A stretch of 64,000 bases of DNA, from positions 1-64,000 of IMG/VR virus record IMGVR_UViG_3300028393_000019; one strand, written 5' to 3'. This document shows, in pieces, positions 23,101-31,101 of this stretch (positions are counted from its first letter, which is position 1; each line of letters begins with the position of its first letter). The position numbers and the translations under genes are program-made. The notes below the pieces were generated by a model. That model was given only the letters and a program-made list of their open reading frames with translations. It did no database searches and was not told the origin of the DNA.

Positions 23101-26100
23101 ACTATGTGTTGACAGTGCCAACTACAACATCGTTGACTGTGTCAACAGTACAATCTGGTCAAGGAACACAAACCACCAGTACATGGACTGCGGCCAACGG
23201 CGTTGCCACTGTGATGTATTATTATAGTGTGGTCAAATGCTTGAGAGACACAACAAACATTGTTAATGCATTGATATATGATTTACAATTCCCAGGCAAT
23301 TACAAATCAATGAGAGCTGTGGAGTTATACAACAATGCTATCACTGGATCAGCCACTAAAAACATGTTCTTGGTACGAAATTCAACTGGTCTACGCAACA
23401 TGACCATGAACGGATTAACCGGTGTGCTGAGTGCCGCTAACGCCAACTTCACACGTCGCCCAACAGCTGGTGCGTATGCAAGTTTAGATCCAGGCTTTGG
23501 ACCAAACGATGCTAACAGCTGGATCTACGCTCGTTCATGCTATACACAAAACTGTACAATGTTTGGTTATGCATGTACCGGTGCTAAGGTTGACGGTGCA
23601 TTACACGCCGGCGGCAACCGTTCTATGGTTGCTAACGACTATACGACTATTATCGGTGACGGCATTGGATACTGGGTAACTGGCAGTAATGCTGTAGCAG
23701 AGCTTGTTTCGGTGTTTAACTACTACGGTTACTCAGGATATTTGAGTGAGTTGGGCGGACGTATACGTGCTACCAACGGTAATAGTTCATATGGTACATA
23801 CGGTGTGATTGCAGAAGGGGTTGATACATTTGAAACACCTATCTATGGCACATTGAACAATAGATATTATCAGGCACAAATAACCAATGTGGTTACAGAT
23901 GCTACTGATAAAGTGTACCGTTTTGAATTTGCCAATGCAGGTAGTAACTACACAAACACTGTTCACACTTTGAGTTCTCCAGGATACGGTACAGTTATTG
24001 TGGCAGACGAATTTAGAGATGCAGGCGTATTTGAAACTCGTTTGATTGACAATGGTGACAGCACTACATCTAGTGTTGGCGGAACAAGCTACTTAACCGC
24101 AACTAATAGTGCTCAGATTAGTGTGATAGGACAACTAGTAGTAGCAGCCACTGACACTGCATTAACTGGAGCCTATGCAGGTATGCGTGTGCAATTGACT
24201 GCTGGTACAGGTGTAGGACAATATGCAAATATTTTAACATTTACTAACGGTAACAAAGTTGCTACAATTGTGAAAGATAGCTTTGCACCATTAATTATTA
24301 CCGCTGCCGCAACAACAAATAATTTGTTTACAGTTGCTAGCACAGCAGGTATGTATACAGGTATGCCAGTGTATGTCTATACTGCATTCAGCTCATTGCT
24401 ATCGGTGCAGACTTTGTATTATGTAAATTCTGCCAACTTTAGTGCAACGCAATTCCAGTTGAGTCTAACATCAGGCGGTGCTGGCTCAGCAGTTAATATT
24501 GGTAGTAACGTGGCAGCGGTCACAGTTACCGTTACAGCAACAGCCGTTATAAACAACTTGATAACAGCCACTAATACACTAACAGCTGGGCAAGCAATAA
24601 CTTTCAACAGTAGTTTTAACGGTATTGATTCTGGTACAACATATTTTGTACTAGCAACAAACCTGACAACCAGTTCATTTGCTGTCGCAAGAGATCCATG
24701 GACCAATGTGGCAGTGACTATCACAGCAACTGGCAGTGCTACATCTACAGGTACTGTTGGGTCAGCAATGTATGCCGCTGGATGGGACCACGTATTGCCA
24801 GGTGTTGCAATCAATAATGGACCAGACTTGACCACTGGATATGTTATTGAACCGCGCATCAGCTACACTGCCCCGGGGTATCTGGCAACTGCTAGAACAC
24901 TCAACAACGCTGTAACAGGTGGCGCAGTGGCGTTTGGCAATGGGCGTTATATCACCGTAGGTACGGGTACAACTACCAACGTGTCAACAGATGGAAAAAC
25001 TTTTGCAAATGGCGGAACACTCACAAGCGCAACTTGGAACGGAGTTGTATATGGTGGTGGTGCTGGTGCTACAGCCACAGCAGTGATTGGCGGACTTGGC
25101 GGAACGGGTGCTGTATTAACCGCAGTGGTTGGTACTGGTGCTTATGCTACACAAATTGTAAGTATAACTATTGTTAGTGGCGGATATAATTATCTTACAC
25201 CTCCGAGCATTGTTATTGTCGGTGGTGGTGGAAGCGGTGCTACAGCCATATGTACTGTGTTGAATGGTGCTATTCAAACAGTGACTTTGAGTGTTAATGG
25301 TTCTGGTTATTCTAGCGCACCAACTGTGACTGCTAATACTTCAATTTTGGCAAGTATCACTGCCAATCAATACGGTCGTAATTATTTTAGTAGTCCACAA
25401 ATCACAGTAAGTCAGCCACAAGGATTAAGCCCAACGGCATATCCGCAAAGTGCTTCGGCAACACAGGGGACATACTATCAAACAGCAGCCGGAAGAATTT
25501 ATCTATGTATAACAGCTGGTACGACAAGTGCTACAATTCCATCATTTGATTATACAACTACGTCTGGTTATACAAATATTCAGAACGGTAGTGCGTACTT
25601 CACTTACATTGCTACACAAGCTCAAGTGGCATCGCCAACATTGACCAATAACGGTGTAAGTGCATTACCACTAAGCGTTGCAGGATACGGCTATACCAGT
25701 ACACCAACAGTGACAATAACTGATACCAGTGCAAAGTTTGTAGCAATAAGCAACAGTGCAAGCACAAGTACAAATACCAGTTACAGTTCAAACAACGGTA
25801 CCAGTTGGACCAACACCACAACCACTGTATTGAACTTGCGTTCACTAGCATATGGCAACGGTGTATATGTGGCAGTGGGCGGCGCAAGCGGTACAGCTAC
25901 CGCAGTATCTACTTCAGATATTGTGAGCGGCTGGACCAATCGCTCATCAAACATCACAGCTCTAGTGTCTGGCTATTATTCAGCAGTTACATACGGCGGA
26001 TCATACTTTGTAGCTGTTCAAAACGGTGCATTGATAACCAGTGTTACGCAAAATGCCAATACATGGACTCAGGGTGCCAACTTACCGTCAGGATTTACAG

Positions 26101-28235
26101 ATGCAGTAAGTATTGCTTATGGTAATAATCGATATGTGGTACTGGGAACAAGTGGCAAGATTGCCTACAGTATCAACAACGGCGGAACACAATCTGTTGC
26201 AGGTTGGACCACGGCACCATCATGTACTGGCACAACCACAAGTGTGTTGTCATCCACATATACTTGGACAGCAATCACATACGGTCAAGGTCAGTTTGTT
26301 GCAGTGGCACAAGGTACTGTGGCAGCAACCAGCTGGGACGGTATCAACTGGTATAGAACAACATTGCCAACCAGCACAAACTGGGGCAGTATAGCATTTG
26401 GCAACCCAATCAGTGCTACATTAGGAGCTCAACCATTGTTTGTTGCAGTGACCACACAAGGTACCACAGCGGCCGCCAGCATTAGAACTGGAACTCAACC
26501 ACTGGGACGCATGAAGGCGGCCAGCGGAGTGATTACAGAAATACGTATGGTTGAACCAGGTAGCGGATTTGCCAAAGGCAACGTTAGTTCAACAGTTGCA
26601 CAAACTACTGTGACAGTCAACTCTAGTAGCGGTACTACAATCACATTGAGTGCAAGCGCCACACTAACAGTTGGAGCACCAATTACATTTGCCAGTGCAG
26701 TTGGATCTATATCAGCCAGTCCTGTAGTTTATTATGTACAAGCAAGTTCAGGTACAAGTTTATCGGTAGCTACAACACCAACAGGCAGTGCGGCAACTGC
26801 GGGAACAACTTCGGCATTGACTGTAGTTGCAACTGTACAACCAGTGTTGGTTGTAGATGATACTACCAACATGCCAACCAGTATTGCCAACAATTATCCA
26901 GTTGAATTTAGTGTAGCCAGCGGTACATTGACAACCAACACCACTTATTATGTGATTGGTTCAAGTGTGGGAGCATCTACATTCCAAGTTACTGCTACAT
27001 CAGGCAGTACAACACCGGTTGCACTGACATCAACTACACCAACTGGTATGATTTACACTGTGGGACCATTGGTTCAACAGTTTGATACCAACAGAGTTAA
27101 AACTGCGGCAACTCGTGTGCGTACTGGAAATGGTATTTTAGGCAATCCAAGTATTACCAACAAAGGTGCAGGCAACGCTACAGGAACTGTATCTACACTT
27201 GGTGATGGATATTCCGACTTGTTCCAAAACAGTGCATATATCAACGTGGCTGGATTGTACAGTATGCCAAGTCCAGGTGCAAACGTTCAGTTTGGTACTA
27301 CATATACTGGTGTTCCTTGGACTGCAAACACAGTGGTTAGAACTGGTGTACAGTTAATTGCAACCAACTCAGTTGTAGTTGGCAGTACAACAACTTATTA
27401 CTACAATGTATATACTGTTTCTAACGGTGGTACTACAGGATCAACTGCTCCGACAAGCACTGGTTCAAGTGTAAGTGATGGTACAGCAACACTAAGCTAT
27501 GTGGGACAAAATCCAAACACTTGGTACAAATTAGTTACTATCAGCAATCAATTGGGAATTGCTGGCAATTACACAGCCACATTCCAAGTGAATCCTGCAC
27601 TGACCACTGCTACAGCAGGTGTACACAACACTACAATCACTACAAGATTGAAATACAGTCAAGTACGCTTGACTGGACATGATTTCTTGTACATTGGTAC
27701 TGGAAATCAAACACAGACCAACTACCCATATGTCAATGCGGCCAACGCGATACAGGCAAATCAACAGTATCCTGTAGCTGGCGGACGTGTGTTCTTTACG
27801 TCAACTGACCAAGACGGTAACTTTAACGTGGGTAACTTGTTTGGAGTTCAACAGTCAACTGGTACTGCTACATTGAATGCCAGTGCGTTTAACTTGGCTG
27901 GTTTGCAGAGTTTGACATTGGGTGCTATTAACTTGGGGGTTGGATCAGCTACTATTACACAATTTAGTACAGATCCATACTTTACAGCCAATAGCGATAA
28001 TATTGTTCCAACACAGAAAGCAATTAAAAGCTATATTACAGCTCAAATTGGTGGCGGATCAAGCAGTTTGAACGTAAATACACTGACAGCTGGACAGGTA
28101 TATATTGCAAACAACTCTATAGGATTGGCAGCAACAGTTACTGGTACAACAACAATTAACGTTACAAGTAAAATGAACTTTACAGGCGGAATAGACGGAG
28201 CACCAGTGGCTTTGATATTCTTTGGACAGAAATAA
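17130..28235 (+). CDS. giant multidomain tail fibre/adhesin, paralogue of 8307..17084
   Basis: 3701 aa; same N-terminus (AEFK[LI]GR), same beta-helix and propeller modules, same C-terminus (RLTGHDFL.IG...GRVFFTSTDQDGNF.VG.LFGVQQ). Confidence 0.75.
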   Translation: MAEFKLGRIKFVYQGPWAQNNAYVVDDVVTVSGKTYICVVSHTSTNSATGFATDLAYNPTNWNLIADGAKWIGAWSNGTYYNVSDQVSYGGVVYQCLTSHTSTASTATITATGFTVFAGTATLTYASQVVQPFLVGSTVTLSGFSPSTTSTPSTVNSTFTVASCTTTQITFAITGTYTVSILGTVSGTSQLGLEQDQSKWVAFASNFNWSQGWSTNYRYKVRDLVTNGGYTYVCNTAHVSANTVALGLEADLSKWDTFNAGIIYRQTWSGSSVTYRLNDVVTYGADLWICTTAHTSTGTVLDVTKFSIFVNGFEFSNSWNSTTNYVIGDMVTYGGYTYTAIQNGNGQTPSTATGYWQPFTTGFNFRGDWSGSNSYRIGDVARVSGYTYVAALDNTVQLVQAIATTVSSDGTRPNQITIAAGITITGASVTSTTATLTYASQSQIPFVAGQTIVVAGVTNTAYNGTFIVTGTPSVTQVQYTLTGSPASSSGGTVSATTANLIVGLPITFGTALGNLLTTGQYYVNTIPDSSHFTVTATQFSGTAFALVSATGTSAGTTNPKPPFTTYWSQLNSGFKWNPTNNSYSAVAGTNIIGSGTSATWNVTAKNTIYTVTLNAGGSGYANSDTIKILGTSLGGLSPANDLTITVTGTSSGVITVFSSTGISVSWSTSVTYVAGDTVLWGVSSYTCVLAHVSATGNRPDNDVTGTYWNLLASGAESSVLTTQGDTFYYGANGPTRLPIGTDGQILRVNNTTPAWQYYGQINNIVYVSPAGVDTLANGQGTTIDKPWATIRYACYQIENGYLNPNASLLLAVNKQFLLKEVSNYVTYTYQASVTGTSGGAFLTANTAGLNVGMPVTFTAQTGSLTLTAAAIPSTTVYYIKAIVANTSFTVASTYGGTALTAAGTGTAVAKYYTSLPTEIERDAGFTIDGFVFDLSHGGTYNTNLNTLLFFNTAGSDYINNFVKYEITQFIGAQTYLLSLIGKILANSAPANNYQALNGISSGSRAIQNTTSVATSSVESVAISTITSLSTILTNAMALGNTSQLPAVVTPATTISVKTGTYNEVLPIVVPSYTAIVGDELRSTIVQPAAANLNLATDKPKSVASLARIQAILPTLLANSTVTATTGNTQTQITTLPAGDTGSQSAVNSVMTGIATVQDMINNGYQATPPFSFTNPTGYNTSFLAGFGDGATQIKNNYTFIKYEVANFLSTNYSTQWTAFGASLQAETLRDVGFILDGLQYDMTYGCNNQSLINGSAYYSLNILQIRASYLPSTVASLQRVAGIISQIVTATSVTATSQTAPYTATQSTSGTAGSAAAAAFAAARVQDVIYWINNGFANTSTSAVTGSIATTAGGTLTVSAVTNGTLVPGMLLTGTGVSTPTYIVNQSTGVTAIASPTLSSGGTTGTNTFVVSSATGILAGQLVTGTNVPAGSYVISTYTAGTTITLVNYWGYPSNFIATGSGTYNFYTAGGTGTYLVSVSQTVSSTTITGNSTITPITSGAYALASTALQTAYTIATARNSEIASDAQVWVQKFYQAYSISTTLTNRDAGLVSAGLAWDLLLQSNFNSIAIGRAYNRLNTSALALLANSNNELVATLGALNFVGYKMKQIVSSGSVIRAQTTIDDMIQSIYGTVSTTLSVATTSTNVLTVGTTTNVLPGMQISFTGLPANITTTATSTTTSTNVINLAATAASLGIVAGQQIYFTGAVVGNLVPNQMYYVINPSASTIQVSNTFGGAAVSLNNATPAATMNVIVNNAGGLWNNYIYYVNTVISGTTLTITSAYKSGTALVINNTVSGMSAVVTINASSQIAGATPGAERNGTLTYDNTQTTVQGSEILRANINFLANEASAYTAANFSGTVTTTATDGTITTSAAHNLKAGDPVNFTATTVVTTVTGTNTNGNITVNSSTGMVVNMPVSFTGSVFGGLSIATTYYIRSISGTTVTLSTAYPASTSLYTPTSTTTGSATMTVGGLFGGLTATNSNTGLTQLYYVLTVPTTTSLTVSTVQSGQGTQTTSTWTAANGVATVMYYYSVVKCLRDTTNIVNALIYDLQFPGNYKSMRAVELYNNAITGSATKNMFLVRNSTGLRNMTMNGLTGVLSAANANFTRRPTAGAYASLDPGFGPNDANSWIYARSCYTQNCTMFGYACTGAKVDGALHAGGNRSMVANDYTTIIGDGIGYWVTGSNAVAELVSVFNYYGYSGYLSELGGRIRATNGNSSYGTYGVIAEGVDTFETPIYGTLNNRYYQAQITNVVTDATDKVYRFEFANAGSNYTNTVHTLSSPGYGTVIVADEFRDAGVFETRLIDNGDSTTSSVGGTSYLTATNSAQISVIGQLVVAATDTALTGAYAGMRVQLTAGTGVGQYANILTFTNGNKVATIVKDSFAPLIITAAATTNNLFTVASTAGMYTGMPVYVYTAFSSLLSVQTLYYVNSANFSATQFQLSLTSGGAGSAVNIGSNVAAVTVTVTATAVINNLITATNTLTAGQAITFNSSFNGIDSGTTYFVLATNLTTSSFAVARDPWTNVAVTITATGSATSTGTVGSAMYAAGWDHVLPGVAINNGPDLTTGYVIEPRISYTAPGYLATARTLNNAVTGGAVAFGNGRYITVGTGTTTNVSTDGKTFANGGTLTSATWNGVVYGGGAGATATAVIGGLGGTGAVLTAVVGTGAYATQIVSITIVSGGYNYLTPPSIVIVGGGGSGATAICTVLNGAIQTVTLSVNGSGYSSAPTVTANTSILASITANQYGRNYFSSPQITVSQPQGLSPTAYPQSASATQGTYYQTAAGRIYLCITAGTTSATIPSFDYTTTSGYTNIQNGSAYFTYIATQAQVASPTLTNNGVSALPLSVAGYGYTSTPTVTITDTSAKFVAISNSASTSTNTSYSSNNGTSWTNTTTTVLNLRSLAYGNGVYVAVGGASGTATAVSTSDIVSGWTNRSSNITALVSGYYSAVTYGGSYFVAVQNGALITSVTQNANTWTQGANLPSGFTDAVSIAYGNNRYVVLGTSGKIAYSINNGGTQSVAGWTTAPSCTGTTTSVLSSTYTWTAITYGQGQFVAVAQGTVAATSWDGINWYRTTLPTSTNWGSIAFGNPISATLGAQPLFVAVTTQGTTAAASIRTGTQPLGRMKAASGVITEIRMVEPGSGFAKGNVSSTVAQTTVTVNSSSGTTITLSASATLTVGAPITFASAVGSISASPVVYYVQASSGTSLSVATTPTGSAATAGTTSALTVVATVQPVLVVDDTTNMPTSIANNYPVEFSVASGTLTTNTTYYVIGSSVGASTFQVTATSGSTTPVALTSTTPTGMIYTVGPLVQQFDTNRVKTAATRVRTGNGILGNPSITNKGAGNATGTVSTLGDGYSDLFQNSAYINVAGLYSMPSPGANVQFGTTYTGVPWTANTVVRTGVQLIATNSVVVGSTTTYYYNVYTVSNGGTTGSTAPTSTGSSVSDGTATLSYVGQNPNTWYKLVTISNQLGIAGNYTATFQVNPALTTATAGVHNTTITTRLKYSQVRLTGHDFLYIGTGNQTQTNYPYVNAANAIQANQQYPVAGGRVFFTSTDQDGNFNVGNLFGVQQSTGTATLNASAFNLAGLQSLTLGAINLGVGSATITQFSTDPYFTANSDNIVPTQKAIKSYITAQIGGGSSSLNVNTLTAGQVYIANNSIGLAATVTGTTTINVTSKMNFTGGIDGAPVALIFFGQK

Positions 28236-28253
28236 AATTTTGGAGAAATTAAA

Positions 28254-28574
28254 ATGGCAACAGGAAGATTAGGAACTTTTGCACTGGCAGCTACTACTCT
28301 AACTACAGTGTATACTGTACCGAGTAATAACTACGCAGTGTTTAACGTTTCATTTACAAATACAAACTCTACATCAGTGACTATTCGATTGGCAATAGCA
28401 ACATTGGCTACACCTGCGACCAGTGAATATATCGAGTACGATACAACAATCATCCCCAAGGGTGTTTTTGAACGCAGTGGGCTAGTGGCCAACGGAAACT
28501 TATTAATAGTTGCATATTCCAGCGCCTCTGGTGTAAACGCAAACGTTTACGGCATTGAAACATCTACAGTATAA
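28254..28574 (+). CDS. small beta-sandwich virion protein (paralogue of 2875 and 7351)
   Basis: 106 aa; 'TTVYTVP...VSFTNT...VTIRL...YIEYD..I'; SD GGAG. Confidence 0.65.
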   Translation: MATGRLGTFALAATTLTTVYTVPSNNYAVFNVSFTNTNSTSVTIRLAIATLATPATSEYIEYDTTIIPKGVFERSGLVANGNLLIVAYSSASGVNANVYGIETSTV

Positions 28575-28584
28575 GTGAGATATT

Positions 28585-29352
28585 ATGGCACGTTATAACA
28601 CCGTTAATCCGACATCTGTTTCAAGCGGGGCCGTTACTGTTGGAGCTCCAACCCAAGGTTTAGTTACCACTTTGACAGGGTCATCGGGTTACACTGTAAC
28701 GTTGTCTGCACCAAACTTATTTTCTGGTATATCACAACTATTTTACAATGCCACTGGCGGCAACGTAACAATTGCTTCACCAACTGGCAACATCAAAGGT
28801 CCTGGTTTTACAGCAGCCACCACACAGATTATTCCTGCCAATGCAGTGTATACACTAACATCAGACGGCACTGACTTTATTGTAACCAACAATGAAGGCG
28901 GCCCACAGTTATCATCCACTATCAATGCAACTGGATTATTGACAGCGGCAGCCAACGTGTCTATGACTGGCACTTTGATTCAAACCAGTTCCGCTCAAAC
29001 AATAACCACATCTTATGATTTGGTACACCTAAATTATTTGCAAACTAACTATGGACAGGCTTGGTCAGTAAAAAGTGCAGGTTTTACAGCCACTGCTGGT
29101 GGTAGATATTTTATCGATACTGGAGTCACTGCATTTACCATGACTTTACCATCTAGTCCAGCCTCGGGCGACATGGTACATATTATTGACTATGCTGGAA
29201 CACTCAGTTCCCGTAACTTGACTATTGCTCCCGGTGGTAACAGAATTCAGCGTGTGGCAGATACTATGACAGTATCAACCAACGGTGCCGCATTTGTCCT
29301 ACTGTACTCAGGCGCAGCCAATCCAGGTTGGTTAGTGGCAACAGGTATTTAA
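28585..29352 (+). CDS. tail fibre connector-like protein
   Basis: 255 aa; C-terminal 'FTATAGGRYFIDT...TMTLPSSP.SGD.V.IID.AG....NLTI..GG..I' domain common in T4-like fibre proteins. Confidence 0.6.
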   Translation: MARYNTVNPTSVSSGAVTVGAPTQGLVTTLTGSSGYTVTLSAPNLFSGISQLFYNATGGNVTIASPTGNIKGPGFTAATTQIIPANAVYTLTSDGTDFIVTNNEGGPQLSSTINATGLLTAAANVSMTGTLIQTSSAQTITTSYDLVHLNYLQTNYGQAWSVKSAGFTATAGGRYFIDTGVTAFTMTLPSSPASGDMVHIIDYAGTLSSRNLTIAPGGNRIQRVADTMTVSTNGAAFVLLYSGAANPGWLVATGI

Positions 29353-29364
29353 TAAGGGAATAAC

Positions 29365-30216
29365 ATGGCGTTTGACTATCAAACACTCAAGAACATACGT
29401 ACTGACGCAGTCATTGACGGTACTGTGGCCACTGCTGACTTGTCTGATAACAGTGTCACAGCCACAACAATTGTTGCTGGCAATATTACTGCGGCAAAAC
29501 TTGCTAGCGGAGCCATTGACAACACGTCATCAGTGACCACCGGCACTTTGCCTTACAGTAAAGGGGGTACACAATTAACCAGTTTTCCAGGTGCCAATCA
29601 AGCAATTTACAGTGACGGCGGCAATTTGAGTTTTACCAATCATGGTATTCAAGGACTCAGTGTGTTCACTGGCGGTGGTACATGGAATAGACCAAGCGGA
29701 GTGCGATACATCAGAGTGCAGTGTCAAGCAGGCGCAGGCGGTGGATCAGGACATGGAGAAGGTGGTGGCGCTGGCGGGTACAGTGAACGATTCTTGGATG
29801 TAACTGGTATCAGTTCAGTGACTGTCACCATTGGCGGCGGAGGCGGTGGCACATATTATGCCAACGCAGGCGGCGATGGCGGCGCAAGTTCATTTGGACC
29901 ATACTGCTCTGCATCAGCTGGCCATGGCGCAAATAGACAAAATCAACACTCAGGTGGTGTTAGTGGTGTAGGCTCAGGCGGTGACTTAAACCTACACATG
30001 GGTGGCGGCCTAAGCCACCATGCTTATTCAGCACAAAGCTGTGCAGATACATATTTTGGCGGTGGCGCCCCGAGTAGCCACCCACAAGGCGGACATTTTG
30101 CACATGTGCATCAAGGCCATACTGCTCCGGGAACTGGTGGTGCAGGCGCACACTTCCACGGACATAGAGGATCAGATGGCAGGCCCGGTATTGTTATTGT
30201 TACTAATTACTATTAA
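29365..30216 (+). CDS. Gly/His-rich fibre-tip (polyglycine-type) protein, paralogue 1
   Basis: 283 aa; MAFDYQTLKN start; 'VFTGGGTWNRPSGVRYIRV..QAGAGGG' glycine-rich domain ending GSDGRPGIVIV. Confidence 0.7.
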   Translation: MAFDYQTLKNIRTDAVIDGTVATADLSDNSVTATTIVAGNITAAKLASGAIDNTSSVTTGTLPYSKGGTQLTSFPGANQAIYSDGGNLSFTNHGIQGLSVFTGGGTWNRPSGVRYIRVQCQAGAGGGSGHGEGGGAGGYSERFLDVTGISSVTVTIGGGGGGTYYANAGGDGGASSFGPYCSASAGHGANRQNQHSGGVSGVGSGGDLNLHMGGGLSHHAYSAQSCADTYFGGGAPSSHPQGGHFAHVHQGHTAPGTGGAGAHFHGHRGSDGRPGIVIVTNYY

Positions 30217-30227
30217 TAGAGGCATAT

Positions 30228-31091
30228 ATGGCATTTGATTATCAAACACTTAAAAATTTAGTTGCATCATCGTTTATTGCAAACACTATTACTGGTTCAG
30301 ACATTGGTTCACAGCAGGTTACAACAAACAAATTTGTAGGTACAACTCTGACTGCAAACGAATTTGCCACTAGCTCGGTAGATTTGACATCGGGCACAGT
30401 TACAGGAGTTACTCCGGTATCCAAGGGCGGTACCAGTCTCAGTGGTGTAGGTTCAGCTTACCAGGTTCTAGCAACCAACAGTGCCAATAACGCATTGAAC
30501 TTTGTACCGTCGGGCATCTATAGAATGCAGGTATTCACCAGCAACGCCACATGGACTAGAGCCGCCAACGTGCGCTATATTCACATTCAGCTACAAGCTG
30601 GCGGCGGCGGAGCGTCGGGTCATGGTGAATCAGGAGCCGCAGGCGGATATACCGAGCGTGTGCTTGAAGTGATGCAAAGCGGTATTAATTCTGTGGGTAT
30701 TACCATAGGCGGCCAAGGCGGCGGCACATACTATTCAAGTGCAGGTGGCGATGGTGGTGCAAGCTCATTTGGGCCTTATTGCTCAGCATCAGGCGGGCAT
30801 GGCGCAAATAGACAAAATCAACACAACGGTGGTGTTAGTGGTACTGGATCAGGCGGAGATGTGAATTTGTACCAAGGATCAGGCGGTGGTCACGAACAGC
30901 GTAGTTCAGGCATGGGCGGAAGCACATTCTTCGGCGGGCCAGCACCCAGCGGCCACCCACAAGGCGGACACTTTAGTCACATTCACCAAGGCCATTCAGC
31001 ACCGGGTACAGGCGGCACCAGCGGTTATTTCAGTGGACACAGAGGTTCAGATGGACGTCCAGGAATTTGTGTGATCACGGAATATTATTAA
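30228..31091 (+). CDS. Gly/His-rich fibre-tip protein, paralogue 2
   Basis: 287 aa; same architecture and motifs as paralogue 1. Confidence 0.7.
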   Translation: MAFDYQTLKNLVASSFIANTITGSDIGSQQVTTNKFVGTTLTANEFATSSVDLTSGTVTGVTPVSKGGTSLSGVGSAYQVLATNSANNALNFVPSGIYRMQVFTSNATWTRAANVRYIHIQLQAGGGGASGHGESGAAGGYTERVLEVMQSGINSVGITIGGQGGGTYYSSAGGDGGASSFGPYCSASGGHGANRQNQHNGGVSGTGSGGDVNLYQGSGGGHEQRSSGMGGSTFFGGPAPSGHPQGGHFSHIHQGHSAPGTGGTSGYFSGHRGSDGRPGICVITEYY

Positions 31092-31101
31092 AAGGTAAAT
31101 T

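Noticed and set aside
360-27764. Many 60-150-aa alternative-frame and antisense ORFs inside the structural genes
   Set aside because: Shadows of Thr/Gly/Val-rich codon usage; no SD or promoter, fully nested in long coherent genes.
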